A DNA stretch of 64,000 nt from Spirochaetaceae bacterium (lineage in GTDB: Bacteria; Spirochaetota; Spirochaetia; DSM-2461). The notes beneath the pieces were generated by a model. That model was not told the DNA's origin. It saw only the letters and a list, made by a program, of their open reading frames with translations, and ran no database searches. This document shows positions 10,131 to 20,812 of this stretch, piece by piece (the stretch's first letter is position 1; every line of letters begins with the position of its first letter). The stretch covers positions 1 through 64,000 of the forward strand of contig JAOPTT010000005.1 in assembly GCA_051531975.1 (NCBI GenBank), written 5' to 3'. Made by a program: the position numbers and the translations under genes.

Positions 10131-10796
10131 ATGGAGATGACATATCAGGATCAAGTTCATAAAGTTGGACGAATAACAGCAGGCATAGTCCTTTTTTTAA
10201 TATTTTTAGTACCAACAGTAATTAGTGTAGTTTATAACATATTTCCTCCCATAGATAAATTCTTTATAGGAGTTGGAATGGTTTGTATGGTCTATATTCC
10301 AATATCTATAGCCGAGTTTTTAACATATACACCAATGCTTGGAAGTAGTGCATCATATCTGGTTTTTGTTACCGGGAATCTTACAAACCTAAAGATCCCT
10401 TGTGCTCTAACATGTATAGATAATGCTGAAGTAAAACCACAATCAGAAGAGGCTGAAATAATTGCAACTATTGCAGTAGCCATCTCCTCAATAGTAACAA
10501 CAATAATTGTATTTATTGGAATGTTATTAATTGTTCCATTACAACCTTTGCTTGAGGCTGAAATATTAAAACCAGCATTTGCTCAAATTCTACCAGCTCT
10601 ATTTGGAGCTATGGGAGGTTATTGGGTACTAAAACAGTGGAAATTAGCAGTTACACCTATTCTTGTAATTATACTTGTATTTATCATCTTCCCTATTCCA
10701 AGCGGTGTAGAGGGTGCATTGATTCCAGTAATGGGATTAATATCTGTTTTATCAGCAAAATTTTTATATAAAAAAGGATTTATAAATAAGGTATGA
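10131..10796 (+). CDS. Uncharacterised membrane protein (usual DUF5058 partner)
   Basis: Hydrophobic; YTPMLG...YLVFVTGNLTNLKIPC motif. Confidence 0.7.
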   Translation: MEMTYQDQVHKVGRITAGIVLFLIFLVPTVISVVYNIFPPIDKFFIGVGMVCMVYIPISIAEFLTYTPMLGSSASYLVFVTGNLTNLKIPCALTCIDNAEVKPQSEEAEIIATIAVAISSIVTTIIVFIGMLLIVPLQPLLEAEILKPAFAQILPALFGAMGGYWVLKQWKLAVTPILVIILVFIIFPIPSGVEGALIPVMGLISVLSAKFLYKKGFINKV

Positions 10797-12238
10797 TATT
10801 TTACATTTTAATAACTCTCCTTGGTCTATTATTGGTTTCAATTATTATTAATACTGTAAGGTTTAAGTATAAACAACTGGAATTCGATATACTTGAAACT
10901 GAATCCTTTGACATTAATAGAACAGCAAAAAAATTATCAAAAGCAGTTCAGATCCCTACAATTAGCCTTATGGATAGAAGTTTAATAGATTTGTCTGAAT
11001 TTGATAAATTTAAGGCTATGTTAAAGGAAGAATTTCCTCTATGCCACAAAAATATGAAGTTAACTATAATAAATGAATATAGTCTCTTATATAGATGGAA
11101 AGGGGAAAACCCAGAGAGTAAACCTATGTTATTTATGGCACATTATGATGTCGTCCCAATAGCCGAAGGTACAGTTGAAGACTGGACTTTTCCACCTTTC
11201 TCTGGTGAGATATCTGATAATTATCTATGGGGTAGAGGTTCCTTGGATACTAAAATTACTCTTATTACCTCCCTAGAATCTGCAGAACTACAGTTAGAGA
11301 GAGGGTTCTCCCCTAAAAGAGACATCTATTTTGCATTTGGCCACGATGAAGAGATAACTGGAGTAGAGGGTGCTAAATATATTGTAGAATACCTTAAAGA
11401 ACAGAATATTAAGTTTGAATTAATACTTGATGAAGGTGGAATTGTTTCTACTGATAATATAAAAGGTCTTGATAAACCAGTCGCATTAATTGGTATCGCC
11501 GAGAAAGGTTATGCTGATATTGAGATTACAATAAAAGGTGAGGGCGGTCATGCATCTATGCCCCCTGTTTCTACTTCTGTTGGACAGATGGCAAAGGTTA
11601 TTACAAACCTTGAAAAAAATCAGATGCCATTAAAAATAACCACTCCGGTAAAACTCTTTTTATCAACTATAGGACCTCGTCTAGGGAATTTAAATAGGAT
11701 TATATTAGGAAACTTATGGATTTTCAAACCTATATTTATCAATATTTTTTCAAAGACAACTTCCGGGAACGCTATGTTAAGAACAACTACAGCTGTTACA
11801 ATGGCACAGGGAAGTAATGCTGCTAATGTTCTACCGCAGATAGCGAAAGCGACTATAAACTATAGAATTACACCGGGGGACAGTATAGATGGGGTTTTAA
11901 AACATATTAAAAATGTTAATAAAAGTTTAAACTTGGATGTCAAAGTATTACAGGGTAATGAACCATCTACAATATCCTCAATAGAGACAGAGGCTTATAA
12001 TACTCTTTCTACAATTATAAAAAATGTATTTGAAGATGTTTATATAACCCCGTATCTTGTTATGGCCAGAACAGATGCTAGTTTTTATGGTGAGTTATCA
12101 AACTCTGTTTATAGATTTGCCCCTATAGTTTTATCTAGTAGTGAATTAAGTACAATTCATAATACTAATGAGAGAGTATCTTTAGATAATATTGAAAGAG
12201 CTGTAAGGTTTTATATCCATTTAATTAAAGAGTTATAG
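10793..12238 (+). CDS. M20 family peptidase/amidohydrolase (PM20D1/CPS-like) with N-terminal anchor
   Basis: AHYDVV, WGRGSLDTK, GHDEE, LDEGG, GGHAS and IHNTNE motifs. Confidence 0.92.
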   Translation: MIFYILITLLGLLLVSIIINTVRFKYKQLEFDILETESFDINRTAKKLSKAVQIPTISLMDRSLIDLSEFDKFKAMLKEEFPLCHKNMKLTIINEYSLLYRWKGENPESKPMLFMAHYDVVPIAEGTVEDWTFPPFSGEISDNYLWGRGSLDTKITLITSLESAELQLERGFSPKRDIYFAFGHDEEITGVEGAKYIVEYLKEQNIKFELILDEGGIVSTDNIKGLDKPVALIGIAEKGYADIEITIKGEGGHASMPPVSTSVGQMAKVITNLEKNQMPLKITTPVKLFLSTIGPRLGNLNRIILGNLWIFKPIFINIFSKTTSGNAMLRTTTAVTMAQGSNAANVLPQIAKATINYRITPGDSIDGVLKHIKNVNKSLNLDVKVLQGNEPSTISSIETEAYNTLSTIIKNVFEDVYITPYLVMARTDASFYGELSNSVYRFAPIVLSSSELSTIHNTNERVSLDNIERAVRFYIHLIKEL

Positions 12239-12259
12239 GTTTTTATATAGTTAAAATAT

Positions 12260-12302
12260 AAAAAGGGCTATTACAAGTTTATTTTTGTAATAGCCCTTTT
12301 TT
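12260..12302. terminator. Bidirectional intrinsic terminator
   Basis: aaaagggctattacaa / ttgtaatagccctttt stem with A- and T-tracts between convergent genes. Confidence 0.9.
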
Positions 12303-12339
12303 AATAATTGGACTTTAACATTGAAGTCCAGAGAACAAA

Positions 12340-14559
12340 TTATATTTTCTCAACTTTAATTAGGTCTGTATTCACAGTGTATAAAAATCGGTTGCTAAAC
12401 ATCTCTGGTTTCATTGCAGCCATTCTTTCTATTGAGAATGATTTAACCATTGAAAACATTGAGTGTTCAAACATTGCTGCTAAATGTTTCCGCAGTACAA
12501 CTTCACCCTCTGGTGACTTTAGTATTTTAGAAATTTTATCCTGTATCGAGTAATAACCTTCTGGGAACTCTAGTTCAGGAACATCACCTTCTTCTTCACC
12601 ATCTCCAGCAAACCAGTTCTCAACATCCCCAACAGGGTTAACAGAATCAGCCTGACAGATATATGATTCTTCGACTTTTTTAACACCTTCTAAAATTATT
12701 GTATCTGTTTTATCTCCATTTAGAGCAACTATAATATTCTGACCTTTTTTTAGTTTAACACTGAATGTCACAGAGTTTTCTACAGGTTTTGCGAAGCCAA
12801 TAGATTTACCGTTAACTATTAACTCCACCTCAGATAAGTTCGTAATAATCTTTACTTCTGTTTCACCTTTTACCCTCTTCACCCATCGTTTTGATGTAAT
12901 ATGAAGTACATCTTTATCTGACCAGTAGGATTGGTAAACATAAAAAGAGTCTTTTCGAGTCTTTCTATCATGGGTAACAAGACCTTTATTATTCATACCC
13001 TGAACTCCACCTTCATCTCTTAGGTCTGAAGCAAAGTCGAACATGTTCCAAACATATGTACCCCAAACCCAGGTTCTAGCGTTATAGATTTGCAATGTTT
13101 CGTGGTGATACTTAGTCTGATACTCTTCACTATAATCACTCTTTTGTGGGTTACTGTTGTGGTACATTAATATCGCTTCACAACCGTACTCTGTAATTCC
13201 AATAGGAATCTTTGGGTAAGCGCTATGGAATGCATCTAACCATGTAGCCATTGTATCTATTTCATCGTAGTACCAACCAAAATATTTATTGTATCCAATA
13301 ACATCTGTAATAGTATTCATTGAATCATCATCAGGGTGGTGACCAACCTGGGCTTGAGCAGTTAGTCTTGAAGGATCCAGTTTTTTTGTTAACTCATTTA
13401 ACTCTGTAACAATACCTTCGATATTATCCTCTTTACCAGAAATTGTAATCTCGTTTTGCACACCCCACATAACAATAGATGGGTGGTTTATGTTCTGTTT
13501 TACAAGTTCTGTCATCTGACTTATTGCATTTGATCCAGTTGTATCACATTCCGAAGAAGTTGTTATATATGGGATCTCCGCCCAGGTTATAATTCCCTCT
13601 TTATCACATAGGTCATAAAAGGTCTGGTTATGTTGATAGTGGGCTAATCTTATAGAGTTTGATCCCATCTCTCTAATAATAGCGATATCTTCCGCCATCT
13701 CTTTTTCACCTTGAGCCCAACCAATATCTTTTCTATCCTGGTGTCTACTTACACCCTTTAAAGGAACTACTTTTCCGTTAAGAATAAACCCTTTACCGGC
13801 ATCGATAGCCAAAGATCTTAAACCTACAGGAACTCTTCTAAAGTCAACAGGTTTACCATCAACAATAAGGTCTACCTCTAGTTGGTACATATATGGATCG
13901 ACCACACCCTGCCAAAGATGTGGGTTTTCAACTACTAATTCCATAGAGCCCAAACTACTTGATCCCTCTACAACTACAGCACCCTTAGCGTCTATTATTC
14001 TAGATAAGATCTCAAAATTATCTGCACCAACTACTAATGTTTCTACTCTTAATTTAGCTTTAGCAGCTGTTACATCTTCTTGATGAAGAAAAACACCTAA
14101 TGAACCAAAATCTGTTAAATCAAAATGAACAGGATTAACAATTATAACGTTAACATCTCTATAAAGACCACCCATAAATGTAAAGTCTGCCATTAATGGA
14201 TAGACATCATCGTAGTGTGCGTTATCAACTTTTACTTCTAATTTGACATCGATACCAGATTTTATACTCTCTGTTAACTCAAATCTAAAAGTAGAGTATC
14301 CACCTTTATGAATACCTATTTCATTTCCATTTACTAATACTTTACAGATACTATTAGCACCTTCTAACTCTATAAAAACTCTCTCACCCTGGTTAAATTC
14401 TATATTCAATGTTCTTTGATAAGAACATTGACCTCTAAAGTAGTTATTACCACCACTTTGACCATCTAAAGCGTTCCAAGTATGTGGTAGGTTTACTACC
14501 TCGTTTTTCTTCTCTGGTTGTGCAAAATCCCAGCTGCTATTTATGTTAATTTTCTTCAT
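12340..14559 (-). CDS. Glycoside hydrolase family 2 (beta-galactosidase/glucuronidase-like)
   Basis: HKGGYSTF, GGLYR, GVSRHQD, RLAHY, WGVQNE and ITEYG motifs. Confidence 0.95.
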   Translation of the reverse strand: MKKININSSWDFAQPEKKNEVVNLPHTWNALDGQSGGNNYFRGQCSYQRTLNIEFNQGERVFIELEGANSICKVLVNGNEIGIHKGGYSTFRFELTESIKSGIDVKLEVKVDNAHYDDVYPLMADFTFMGGLYRDVNVIIVNPVHFDLTDFGSLGVFLHQEDVTAAKAKLRVETLVVGADNFEILSRIIDAKGAVVVEGSSSLGSMELVVENPHLWQGVVDPYMYQLEVDLIVDGKPVDFRRVPVGLRSLAIDAGKGFILNGKVVPLKGVSRHQDRKDIGWAQGEKEMAEDIAIIREMGSNSIRLAHYQHNQTFYDLCDKEGIITWAEIPYITTSSECDTTGSNAISQMTELVKQNINHPSIVMWGVQNEITISGKEDNIEGIVTELNELTKKLDPSRLTAQAQVGHHPDDDSMNTITDVIGYNKYFGWYYDEIDTMATWLDAFHSAYPKIPIGITEYGCEAILMYHNSNPQKSDYSEEYQTKYHHETLQIYNARTWVWGTYVWNMFDFASDLRDEGGVQGMNNKGLVTHDRKTRKDSFYVYQSYWSDKDVLHITSKRWVKRVKGETEVKIITNLSEVELIVNGKSIGFAKPVENSVTFSVKLKKGQNIIVALNGDKTDTIILEGVKKVEESYICQADSVNPVGDVENWFAGDGEEEGDVPELEFPEGYYSIQDKISKILKSPEGEVVLRKHLAAMFEHSMFSMVKSFSIERMAAMKPEMFSNRFLYTVNTDLIKVEKI

Positions 14560-14561
14560 TC

Positions 14562-15944
14562 TTATTTATCCTTGTTATCAGCATTAATTTTTGCTGTTAC
14601 TTCTTTCTGTTTTTCCGGTGTTAAGTTCCAAATGTAGTAGTAGGCTAGAAATGCTATGAACATACCAATTGCAGGAACTCCAACAGTCAAAAACTTTATA
14701 CCTAAAAGAGTTGATGCAGATTGAGTATCCACTGTTGCAACATATCCAACTATAGATAGACCAATACCTGCAAAAAATCCTGCAAGAGCTTGTCCTATTT
14801 TTCTAACAAATGAGTAGAGCCCATAGATAGAACCCTCCTGTCTTGAACCTGTTAAATATTGGTTATAATCGATACAGTCGGAAACCATACCCCAAACAGT
14901 CATATTTGGAATCATCATGAAAATACCACCTATTAATGTTACTGATAAATATATCCATGGATTACTAGGTAGAAAAAACAGTGTTCCTAGAGTAATTGCA
15001 GATAACAAACTTGAGAACCAACAAGTCTTTTTAATTCCGTACTTTCTAACCAATTTTGGAATAATTCCAGATACTAATAACATTGGAACAATAGCGGTAA
15101 GTCCTGTTAAAGACATTAATTCAAGAGCATTTAAATTCTCTTTAAAGAAGTAGATACTCATAGATCCTTGAATTAGCATACCTGTTAACATTGCTATAGA
15201 TGCTACAGAAATTGCTAAAAATGGCCGATTTTTTACAAGCACATTATAACTATCTGAGAATTTAAATGCTTTAACCTCACTCTCTTTAGTAACTACATTC
15301 TCTTCTACATTCAGGTAATTAACTAGATATGATATAAATGATACTACACCAAATACAATCATAACCATTAAATAACCTTTAGCCTCATTACCTGCGTTTT
15401 GGACAAGAAAAATTGGAACTATTATTCTAGGCACAATAGCACCAAATAGACCACCTAATCCCCGGGCAACAGACAGTTTTGAACGCTCAGTTGGGTCTTG
15501 TGTCATAACTGCAGCTAAACCACCGTATGGAATATTAATAAAGGTATAAGCCATACCCCATAATATATATGTAGCATATGCCCAGATAAGTTTTTGACTA
15601 CCCTCCATACCTTTTGGTGCAATAAACATAATAACTGCAGCTATAATAACTGGCCAACTACCTTTTAAGATAAATGGTCTAAACTTCTCAATTTTTTTAC
15701 CTTCACCATGTGCCCTTCTCATCTTCTTTGAGAACATTTTATCTGCTAATCCACCCATTATAGGGTCGTTAATTGCATCCCATATTCTTGCAACTAAAAA
15801 TAGTGTACCAGCTGCGGCTGCTGTAATACCTAATACATCTGTATAAAATGCTAATAAAAATGTAGCAGACATTCCAAATGTTAAACCGTTGGCTAAATCA
15901 CCAAGTCCATAACCTAAATAATTTTTTAAAGAGAGTTTCTTCAA
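14562..15944 (-). CDS. MFS glycoside-pentoside-hexuronide:cation symporter
   Basis: GYGLGD, RIWDAINDP, NIPYG and DCIDY motifs. Confidence 0.93.
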   Translation of the reverse strand: MKKLSLKNYLGYGLGDLANGLTFGMSATFLLAFYTDVLGITAAAAGTLFLVARIWDAINDPIMGGLADKMFSKKMRRAHGEGKKIEKFRPFILKGSWPVIIAAVIMFIAPKGMEGSQKLIWAYATYILWGMAYTFINIPYGGLAAVMTQDPTERSKLSVARGLGGLFGAIVPRIIVPIFLVQNAGNEAKGYLMVMIVFGVVSFISYLVNYLNVEENVVTKESEVKAFKFSDSYNVLVKNRPFLAISVASIAMLTGMLIQGSMSIYFFKENLNALELMSLTGLTAIVPMLLVSGIIPKLVRKYGIKKTCWFSSLLSAITLGTLFFLPSNPWIYLSVTLIGGIFMMIPNMTVWGMVSDCIDYNQYLTGSRQEGSIYGLYSFVRKIGQALAGFFAGIGLSIVGYVATVDTQSASTLLGIKFLTVGVPAIGMFIAFLAYYYIWNLTPEKQKEVTAKINADNKDK

Positions 15945-16048
15945 TATTTACCCCTTTCGATATCAATATAACTCTATTAAATACCTTAACAACCGATCAA
16001 ACATGGAAAATATTTACCTAAAAAGTAATATTTGTACTATAATTAACT

Positions 16049-17182
16049 ATGAATGTAGAAGATTTAAACTTTTTTAATGCATTGACAGATCTAAATATAC
16101 AATACACCTACAACAACCAGCAAACAACAATTTATAATAATAACGGTCCTATATCTACAGATGTAATAAAGCAGATCAATATTGACTCACTTTTAACTAA
16201 CTTAGATATATCCCAAAAAGTATCATCGATTATAGACTCATCGGGACTTAGATTTTTAGTAGGAAACAGCAATTCTGGAAAGATTATATTTGGTCCCTTT
16301 ATATTGGAAAATGACCATCACCCAACCCTAGGAAGAGGCTTTTCACTACGAGTTGAACTACCTATAAAAACAGCTGAAAAAATTGAGGCGTACTTTAAAT
16401 TATTAAGCTTAAGACTAAGTGGTAAAATTGATAATATAGACATGGAGAGTCTAGAGACAATTAAAACTCATAACCCTGCATTTGAACAAGTAATTAGCTT
16501 TGATAATAAGATGATAGAAAAAAGATATCACGAAGATAGAGCTGTTAGGGATCTAATATCTAATGGAGATATTGAAGGTATGTCTAATGTTATGAGGATA
16601 ACAAAAACTGGCTGGGATTTTAAATATCGAATGCCAAATAACCCTTTAAGATTACTTAAAAATATGTCCATTATTGTAAATACCCTAGGTAGATATAGTG
16701 CCGAGAAGGGAGGGTTACCCCCATTTATGTTACACTCTATCTCGGAAAAATATGCATTGAAAATTGAAAAAATATCAACAGTTAAAACTATAGAAGATCT
16801 TCAAAAAGAGATTTTAGTTAGCTACTGTGATGCTGTACATAATTATGGATTAAAAAATCATAGTAGGAATATAGTAAAGAGTTGTAACTATATATTAACA
16901 AACCTACAAAATAAAATCTCTTTAGAAGATATAGCAAAAGAGGTTAATGTTAATCCATCATATCTTTCTAGAGTATTTAAAAAGGAGATGGGCTATACAA
17001 TCTCTAAGTATATTAGAGAGAAAAGGGTTATAGAAGCTAAGTGGATGTTAACAAATACAGACGATTCTATAACTGATATTGCTTTAAACCTAGGTTTTGA
17101 AGATGTGAACTACTTTACAAAAGTATTTAAAAAAGAGAGAGGTATCACACCTTCCGAGTATAAAAAAACTTTCCGACTTTGA
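16049..17182 (+). CDS. AraC family transcriptional regulator
   Basis: C-terminal double HTH (YLSRVFKKE, GFEDVNYFTKVFKK); divergent from the GH2 operon. Confidence 0.92.
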   Translation: MNVEDLNFFNALTDLNIQYTYNNQQTTIYNNNGPISTDVIKQINIDSLLTNLDISQKVSSIIDSSGLRFLVGNSNSGKIIFGPFILENDHHPTLGRGFSLRVELPIKTAEKIEAYFKLLSLRLSGKIDNIDMESLETIKTHNPAFEQVISFDNKMIEKRYHEDRAVRDLISNGDIEGMSNVMRITKTGWDFKYRMPNNPLRLLKNMSIIVNTLGRYSAEKGGLPPFMLHSISEKYALKIEKISTVKTIEDLQKEILVSYCDAVHNYGLKNHSRNIVKSCNYILTNLQNKISLEDIAKEVNVNPSYLSRVFKKEMGYTISKYIREKRVIEAKWMLTNTDDSITDIALNLGFEDVNYFTKVFKKERGITPSEYKKTFRL

Positions 17183-17474
17183 TCATTAGATTTTTTTATT
17201 TCATCCTTTAGATCACGAACCTCATCTAATGTTAAATTATTTTTTGTATCTAAAGAGGAATCAACCAAAACATAAAATGTTCTGATTGATTCTTCTTATG
17301 GGCTAGGTCTAAAAGAAATATAACAACTAATGATAAAATTAAGATTGTATCTATTACAATCATTCTCTTAAAACCTTTCTTACCACCAATTAGATTGACA
17401 ATCTTTTCAACCTTTTCTTTCTGCTTTCTATAATCTATTAGTTCATTTTCTAAATCATCGATTGAATATTTCAT
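17180..17474 (-). pseudogene. Decayed small membrane protein gene at the island's left edge
   Basis: MKYSIDDLENEL...HFMFWL then an early stop; a coiled-coil-like tail (DEVRDLKDEIKK) continues past the stop. Confidence 0.45.
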
Positions 17475-17557
17475 ATTTATTGAGTAATTCTTTCTGCTAC
17501 GGTTGGCTAAAATATTGGTTATTAGCACCTACTGAAATCTCAACACTACTAATTTGT

Positions 17558-17611
17558 GATATGATCTCTACTGGGATCATGCATGACAGCAGAATAAGGT
17601 GATGCTAACAT
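17558..17611 (+). promoter_or_regulatory. Promoter with shared operator motif (copy C)
   Basis: gatatga...atgcATGACAg, 17-nt spacer, TGn-TAACAT; aligns ungapped with copies at 28103-28156 and 37631-37684. Confidence 0.7.
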
Positions 17612-17638
17612 TTAATCAATTATTAAAAGGAGATCTAA

Positions 17639-18928
17639 ATGATCAAAAAAAATCTATTGATTCTAATGATTTTGTCTTTAAGTGTATTTTCATCACTTGT
17701 GGCAAATGGACAGAAAGAAAAAGCGACAGAAGCAGAATCTACTAAAGTAGAAGTTACTGAAATCCGAGTATCCTGGTGGACAAACGAAGTTCGTACAGCA
17801 GTAACTCTGGAAACAATTGCTGCTTATGAAGCACTCAATCCAAATGTAAAAATTATACCTGAATATACTGGTTGGGGTGGATATTGGGATAAACTAGCAA
17901 CACAAATCGCGTCAAACGATGTTCCAGATGTTTTTCAACTGGTTCAGGAACGTCTTACAGAATATGCCGATGGTAACATTATAACTCCACTGAATGATTA
18001 TCCAATGGATTTTGATAAAATAGATGCGGCTGCTATAGACGCATGGTCATTAGATGGAAAAAAATATGGACTTCCACTTGGTCTAAACGGCTGGGCTGTT
18101 CTATATAATCCAGATATTTTTGACCAGGCAGGCCTTGACTATCCTACACCGGAATGGACTTGGGATGACTTTGAAAAAATGGCACAGACTATTAAAGAAA
18201 AAACAGGTCTATACGGAGTATCCTATACGCAACTGGCTCAAGATTTTCCTTTAATAATTCGTAGTGCCGGATACAGCAAGTATTCAGATGATGGGAAAAG
18301 TTTTGGATTCACTGACTATTCATTCCTGACTGATTACCTGTCTATGTATTCTCGTCTTCATAATTCTGGAGCCCTAATCGAAGAATCCTTCACAGTAGAG
18401 AATTTTAACAATTGGCCTGCAAATCCCATGTCTTTTGGTGAAGCTGCAATGTGTTTTATTCCTTCCAATCAGGCAACAGCTATCATTGATGGGTTAGGAA
18501 AAGCCATACCTTTCATGACTATCCCTGGAACATCTGATAATAAAGCTCAGACACTAAGTGCGGCATTAGGATTTTCACTAGCAGAAGGTTCTAAAAACAG
18601 AGAAATTGCTGCTGATTTCATCAATTATTTTGCCACGTCGCCTGCAGCTCTTGAAATGTGCAAGGCAAACCGTGGAGTTCCAGCTACAGCTGAAGCAAGG
18701 AAGTATATGCTCGGTAGAGGACTTGATCCAGTATTAGCAGAAGCATTTAAATTCGTTGATATTGCCAGTCCTATCAGTACACCTCTTCAGTGGAATCCTA
18801 ACCCTAAAGAAGCAGAAATCACTGAGTTGGTCAATGAAGTTTGGTCAAAGGTTATGTTTGAAGTTCTAACACCTGAAGAAGGTTCAGTAGAAATATTTAC
18901 AAAAGGTAACGAGATCTTATCCCGTTAA
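17639..18928 (+). CDS. Carbohydrate ABC transporter solute-binding protein (YesO-like)
   Basis: Signal peptide; VSWW, WGGYWDKLATQ and YNPDIF motifs. Confidence 0.93.
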   Translation: MIKKNLLILMILSLSVFSSLVANGQKEKATEAESTKVEVTEIRVSWWTNEVRTAVTLETIAAYEALNPNVKIIPEYTGWGGYWDKLATQIASNDVPDVFQLVQERLTEYADGNIITPLNDYPMDFDKIDAAAIDAWSLDGKKYGLPLGLNGWAVLYNPDIFDQAGLDYPTPEWTWDDFEKMAQTIKEKTGLYGVSYTQLAQDFPLIIRSAGYSKYSDDGKSFGFTDYSFLTDYLSMYSRLHNSGALIEESFTVENFNNWPANPMSFGEAAMCFIPSNQATAIIDGLGKAIPFMTIPGTSDNKAQTLSAALGFSLAEGSKNREIAADFINYFATSPAALEMCKANRGVPATAEARKYMLGRGLDPVLAEAFKFVDIASPISTPLQWNPNPKEAEITELVNEVWSKVMFEVLTPEEGSVEIFTKGNEILSR

Positions 18929-18936
18929 TTATGTCT

Positions 18937-18952
18937 CCGGAGCTTGCTCCGG
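18937..18952 (+). other. GC-rich stem-loop with CUUG tetraloop after the SBP gene (probable mRNA stabiliser)
   Basis: ccggag-cttg-ctccgg, no long U-tract. Confidence 0.55.
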
Positions 18953-18984
18953 GATTTAAGACTCTCTGATAAAGGAATTATTTT

Positions 18985-19890
18985 ATGGTTAAAAATAACA
19001 AAATTCAATTTATCCATAATAAACAAGTTGCCGGGCTTATTTTTATAGGTCCATGGCTTCTGGGTTTTTTCGGATTTATTATAATCCCAATATTCATCTC
19101 ATTGTACCTGTCTTTTACAAGTTACAATTTGATATCTCCTCCCCAGTGGATCGGTTTGAAAAATTTTATCAGAATGTTTACAAAAGATAATACTTTTTTA
19201 ACAAGTTTGATTGTAACATTAAAATTTGTACTCTTTTCTGTTCCATTCAGGCTTATATTCGCTCTGGCTATTGCTATGATTCTCTCCCAGAAAAGAAAAT
19301 TAGTAACACTCTATCGTATAATATATTACATCCCCTCTATTCTAGGCGGCAGTGTAGCCGTATCTATTGTATGGAGAATGATATTTGGTTCACGTGGTCC
19401 TTTAAGTGCCCTAATAAAAATAGTTACAGGTTCTTCTTATTCTCTAATTGGTGATCCCGACGGAGCCCTAAGCTCAATCGTTCTCCTAAGTATGTGGCAA
19501 TTTGGTTCATCGATGCTGATTTTTCTGGCAGGGCTAAAAAATATATCCCCAACCTATTATGAGGCAGCGGTAATAGACGGGGCTGGTTCCATGCGTAAAT
19601 TTTTTCATATAACACTGCCTCTTTTATCACCGGTGATCCTTTTCAACCTGATAATGCAGACAATCGGAGGATTCAAAATGTTCACCCAGGCGTATATAGT
19701 CACCGAGGGTGGTCCTATGAGCAAAACACTGGTCTATGCCCTATACCTATTCAAAAGAGCCTTTACTTTCAACGAAATGGGTTACGCTTCGGCGATGGCA
19801 TGGTTTTTACTAATTATTATAGCCATTATCACAGGACTGTTTTTTAAATCGTCAAAACGATGGGTTTTTTATGAAGGGGGAAATAAATGA
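18985..19890 (+). CDS. Carbohydrate ABC permease 1 (YesP-like)
   Basis: EAA motif YYEAAVIDGA; TM segments. Confidence 0.95.
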   Translation: MVKNNKIQFIHNKQVAGLIFIGPWLLGFFGFIIIPIFISLYLSFTSYNLISPPQWIGLKNFIRMFTKDNTFLTSLIVTLKFVLFSVPFRLIFALAIAMILSQKRKLVTLYRIIYYIPSILGGSVAVSIVWRMIFGSRGPLSALIKIVTGSSYSLIGDPDGALSSIVLLSMWQFGSSMLIFLAGLKNISPTYYEAAVIDGAGSMRKFFHITLPLLSPVILFNLIMQTIGGFKMFTQAYIVTEGGPMSKTLVYALYLFKRAFTFNEMGYASAMAWFLLIIIAIITGLFFKSSKRWVFYEGGNK

Positions 19891-20729
19891 CAATATCAAA
19901 AAAAATATCATCTGCAAGATTTCATATATTTGCGATGGTTCTTGCAATAGTCATGTTTTACCCGGTAGTCTGGCTAATTTTTGCAACACTAAAAAACCAA
20001 TCTGAAATATTCAGAAGTGGAATTGATCTCATCCCAGATAAAATCACGTTAAAGAATTATATAACGGCATTTACAGGAATCGGAGAGTATAACTTTCTAC
20101 ATTTTATGAAGAATTCGTTAATAATAAGTGTATATAGTGTTATAGGTACAGTTTTATCTTCTGCTGTAATAGCCTTCGGGTTTGCCAGAATAGAATTTAA
20201 AGGAAGAAAGTTCTTTTTTATGTGTATGATGGCTACTTTAATGTTACCATATCAGATAATAATGGTTCCCCAATATGTTATATTCAACAAATTAAATTGG
20301 GTAAATACTTTTTTGCCTATTATCGTACCAACGTTTCTAGGTGAAGCATTTTTTATTTTTCTGGCTATACAATTTATTAGAAGTATTCCAAAAGAACTGG
20401 ACGAAGCGGCTTTTATTGATGGTGCCAGTGTTTATAAAACTTTCAGCTTGATTATTTTTCCTCTGCTGAAAACACCTTTGATAACCATAGCGATTTTCAA
20501 ATTCTACTGGTCTTGGGAGCAGTTTTTACAACCTATGATTTATTTAAACAAGATTCAACTATACCCTATACCGGTTGCACTGGGGATGTGGTCTGATCCC
20601 GGCTCTGGTACAAATTACGGAGCACTCTTGGCAATGGGTTTTCTCTCTTTGGTTCCAGTAGTTCTTGTATTTATTTTGCTTCAAAGATATATAGTTGAAG
20701 GTGTTAATTCCCAGGGTTTAAAAGGGTAA
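19887..20729 (+). CDS. Carbohydrate ABC permease 2 (YesQ-like)
   Basis: ELDEAAFIDGA motif. Confidence 0.95.
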   Translation: MTISKKISSARFHIFAMVLAIVMFYPVVWLIFATLKNQSEIFRSGIDLIPDKITLKNYITAFTGIGEYNFLHFMKNSLIISVYSVIGTVLSSAVIAFGFARIEFKGRKFFFMCMMATLMLPYQIIMVPQYVIFNKLNWVNTFLPIIVPTFLGEAFFIFLAIQFIRSIPKELDEAAFIDGASVYKTFSLIIFPLLKTPLITIAIFKFYWSWEQFLQPMIYLNKIQLYPIPVALGMWSDPGSGTNYGALLAMGFLSLVPVVLVFILLQRYIVEGVNSQGLKG

Positions 20730-20740
20730 TTCTATACTAT

Positions 20741-20772
20741 TTCTCTATTTCCATATAACTGGAAATAGAGAA
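20741..20772 (+). terminator. 13-bp perfect hairpin after the ABC operon
   Basis: ttctctatttcca-tataac-tggaaatagagaa. Confidence 0.65.
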
Positions 20773-20812
20773 GCTATTGATCATGAAACAGAGATGAGGT
20801 AAATTAATAATA

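Noticed and set aside
17555..17570. CRP/Rex-like site tgtga...
   Set aside because: The second half-site does not fit; better explained as part of the shared island motif
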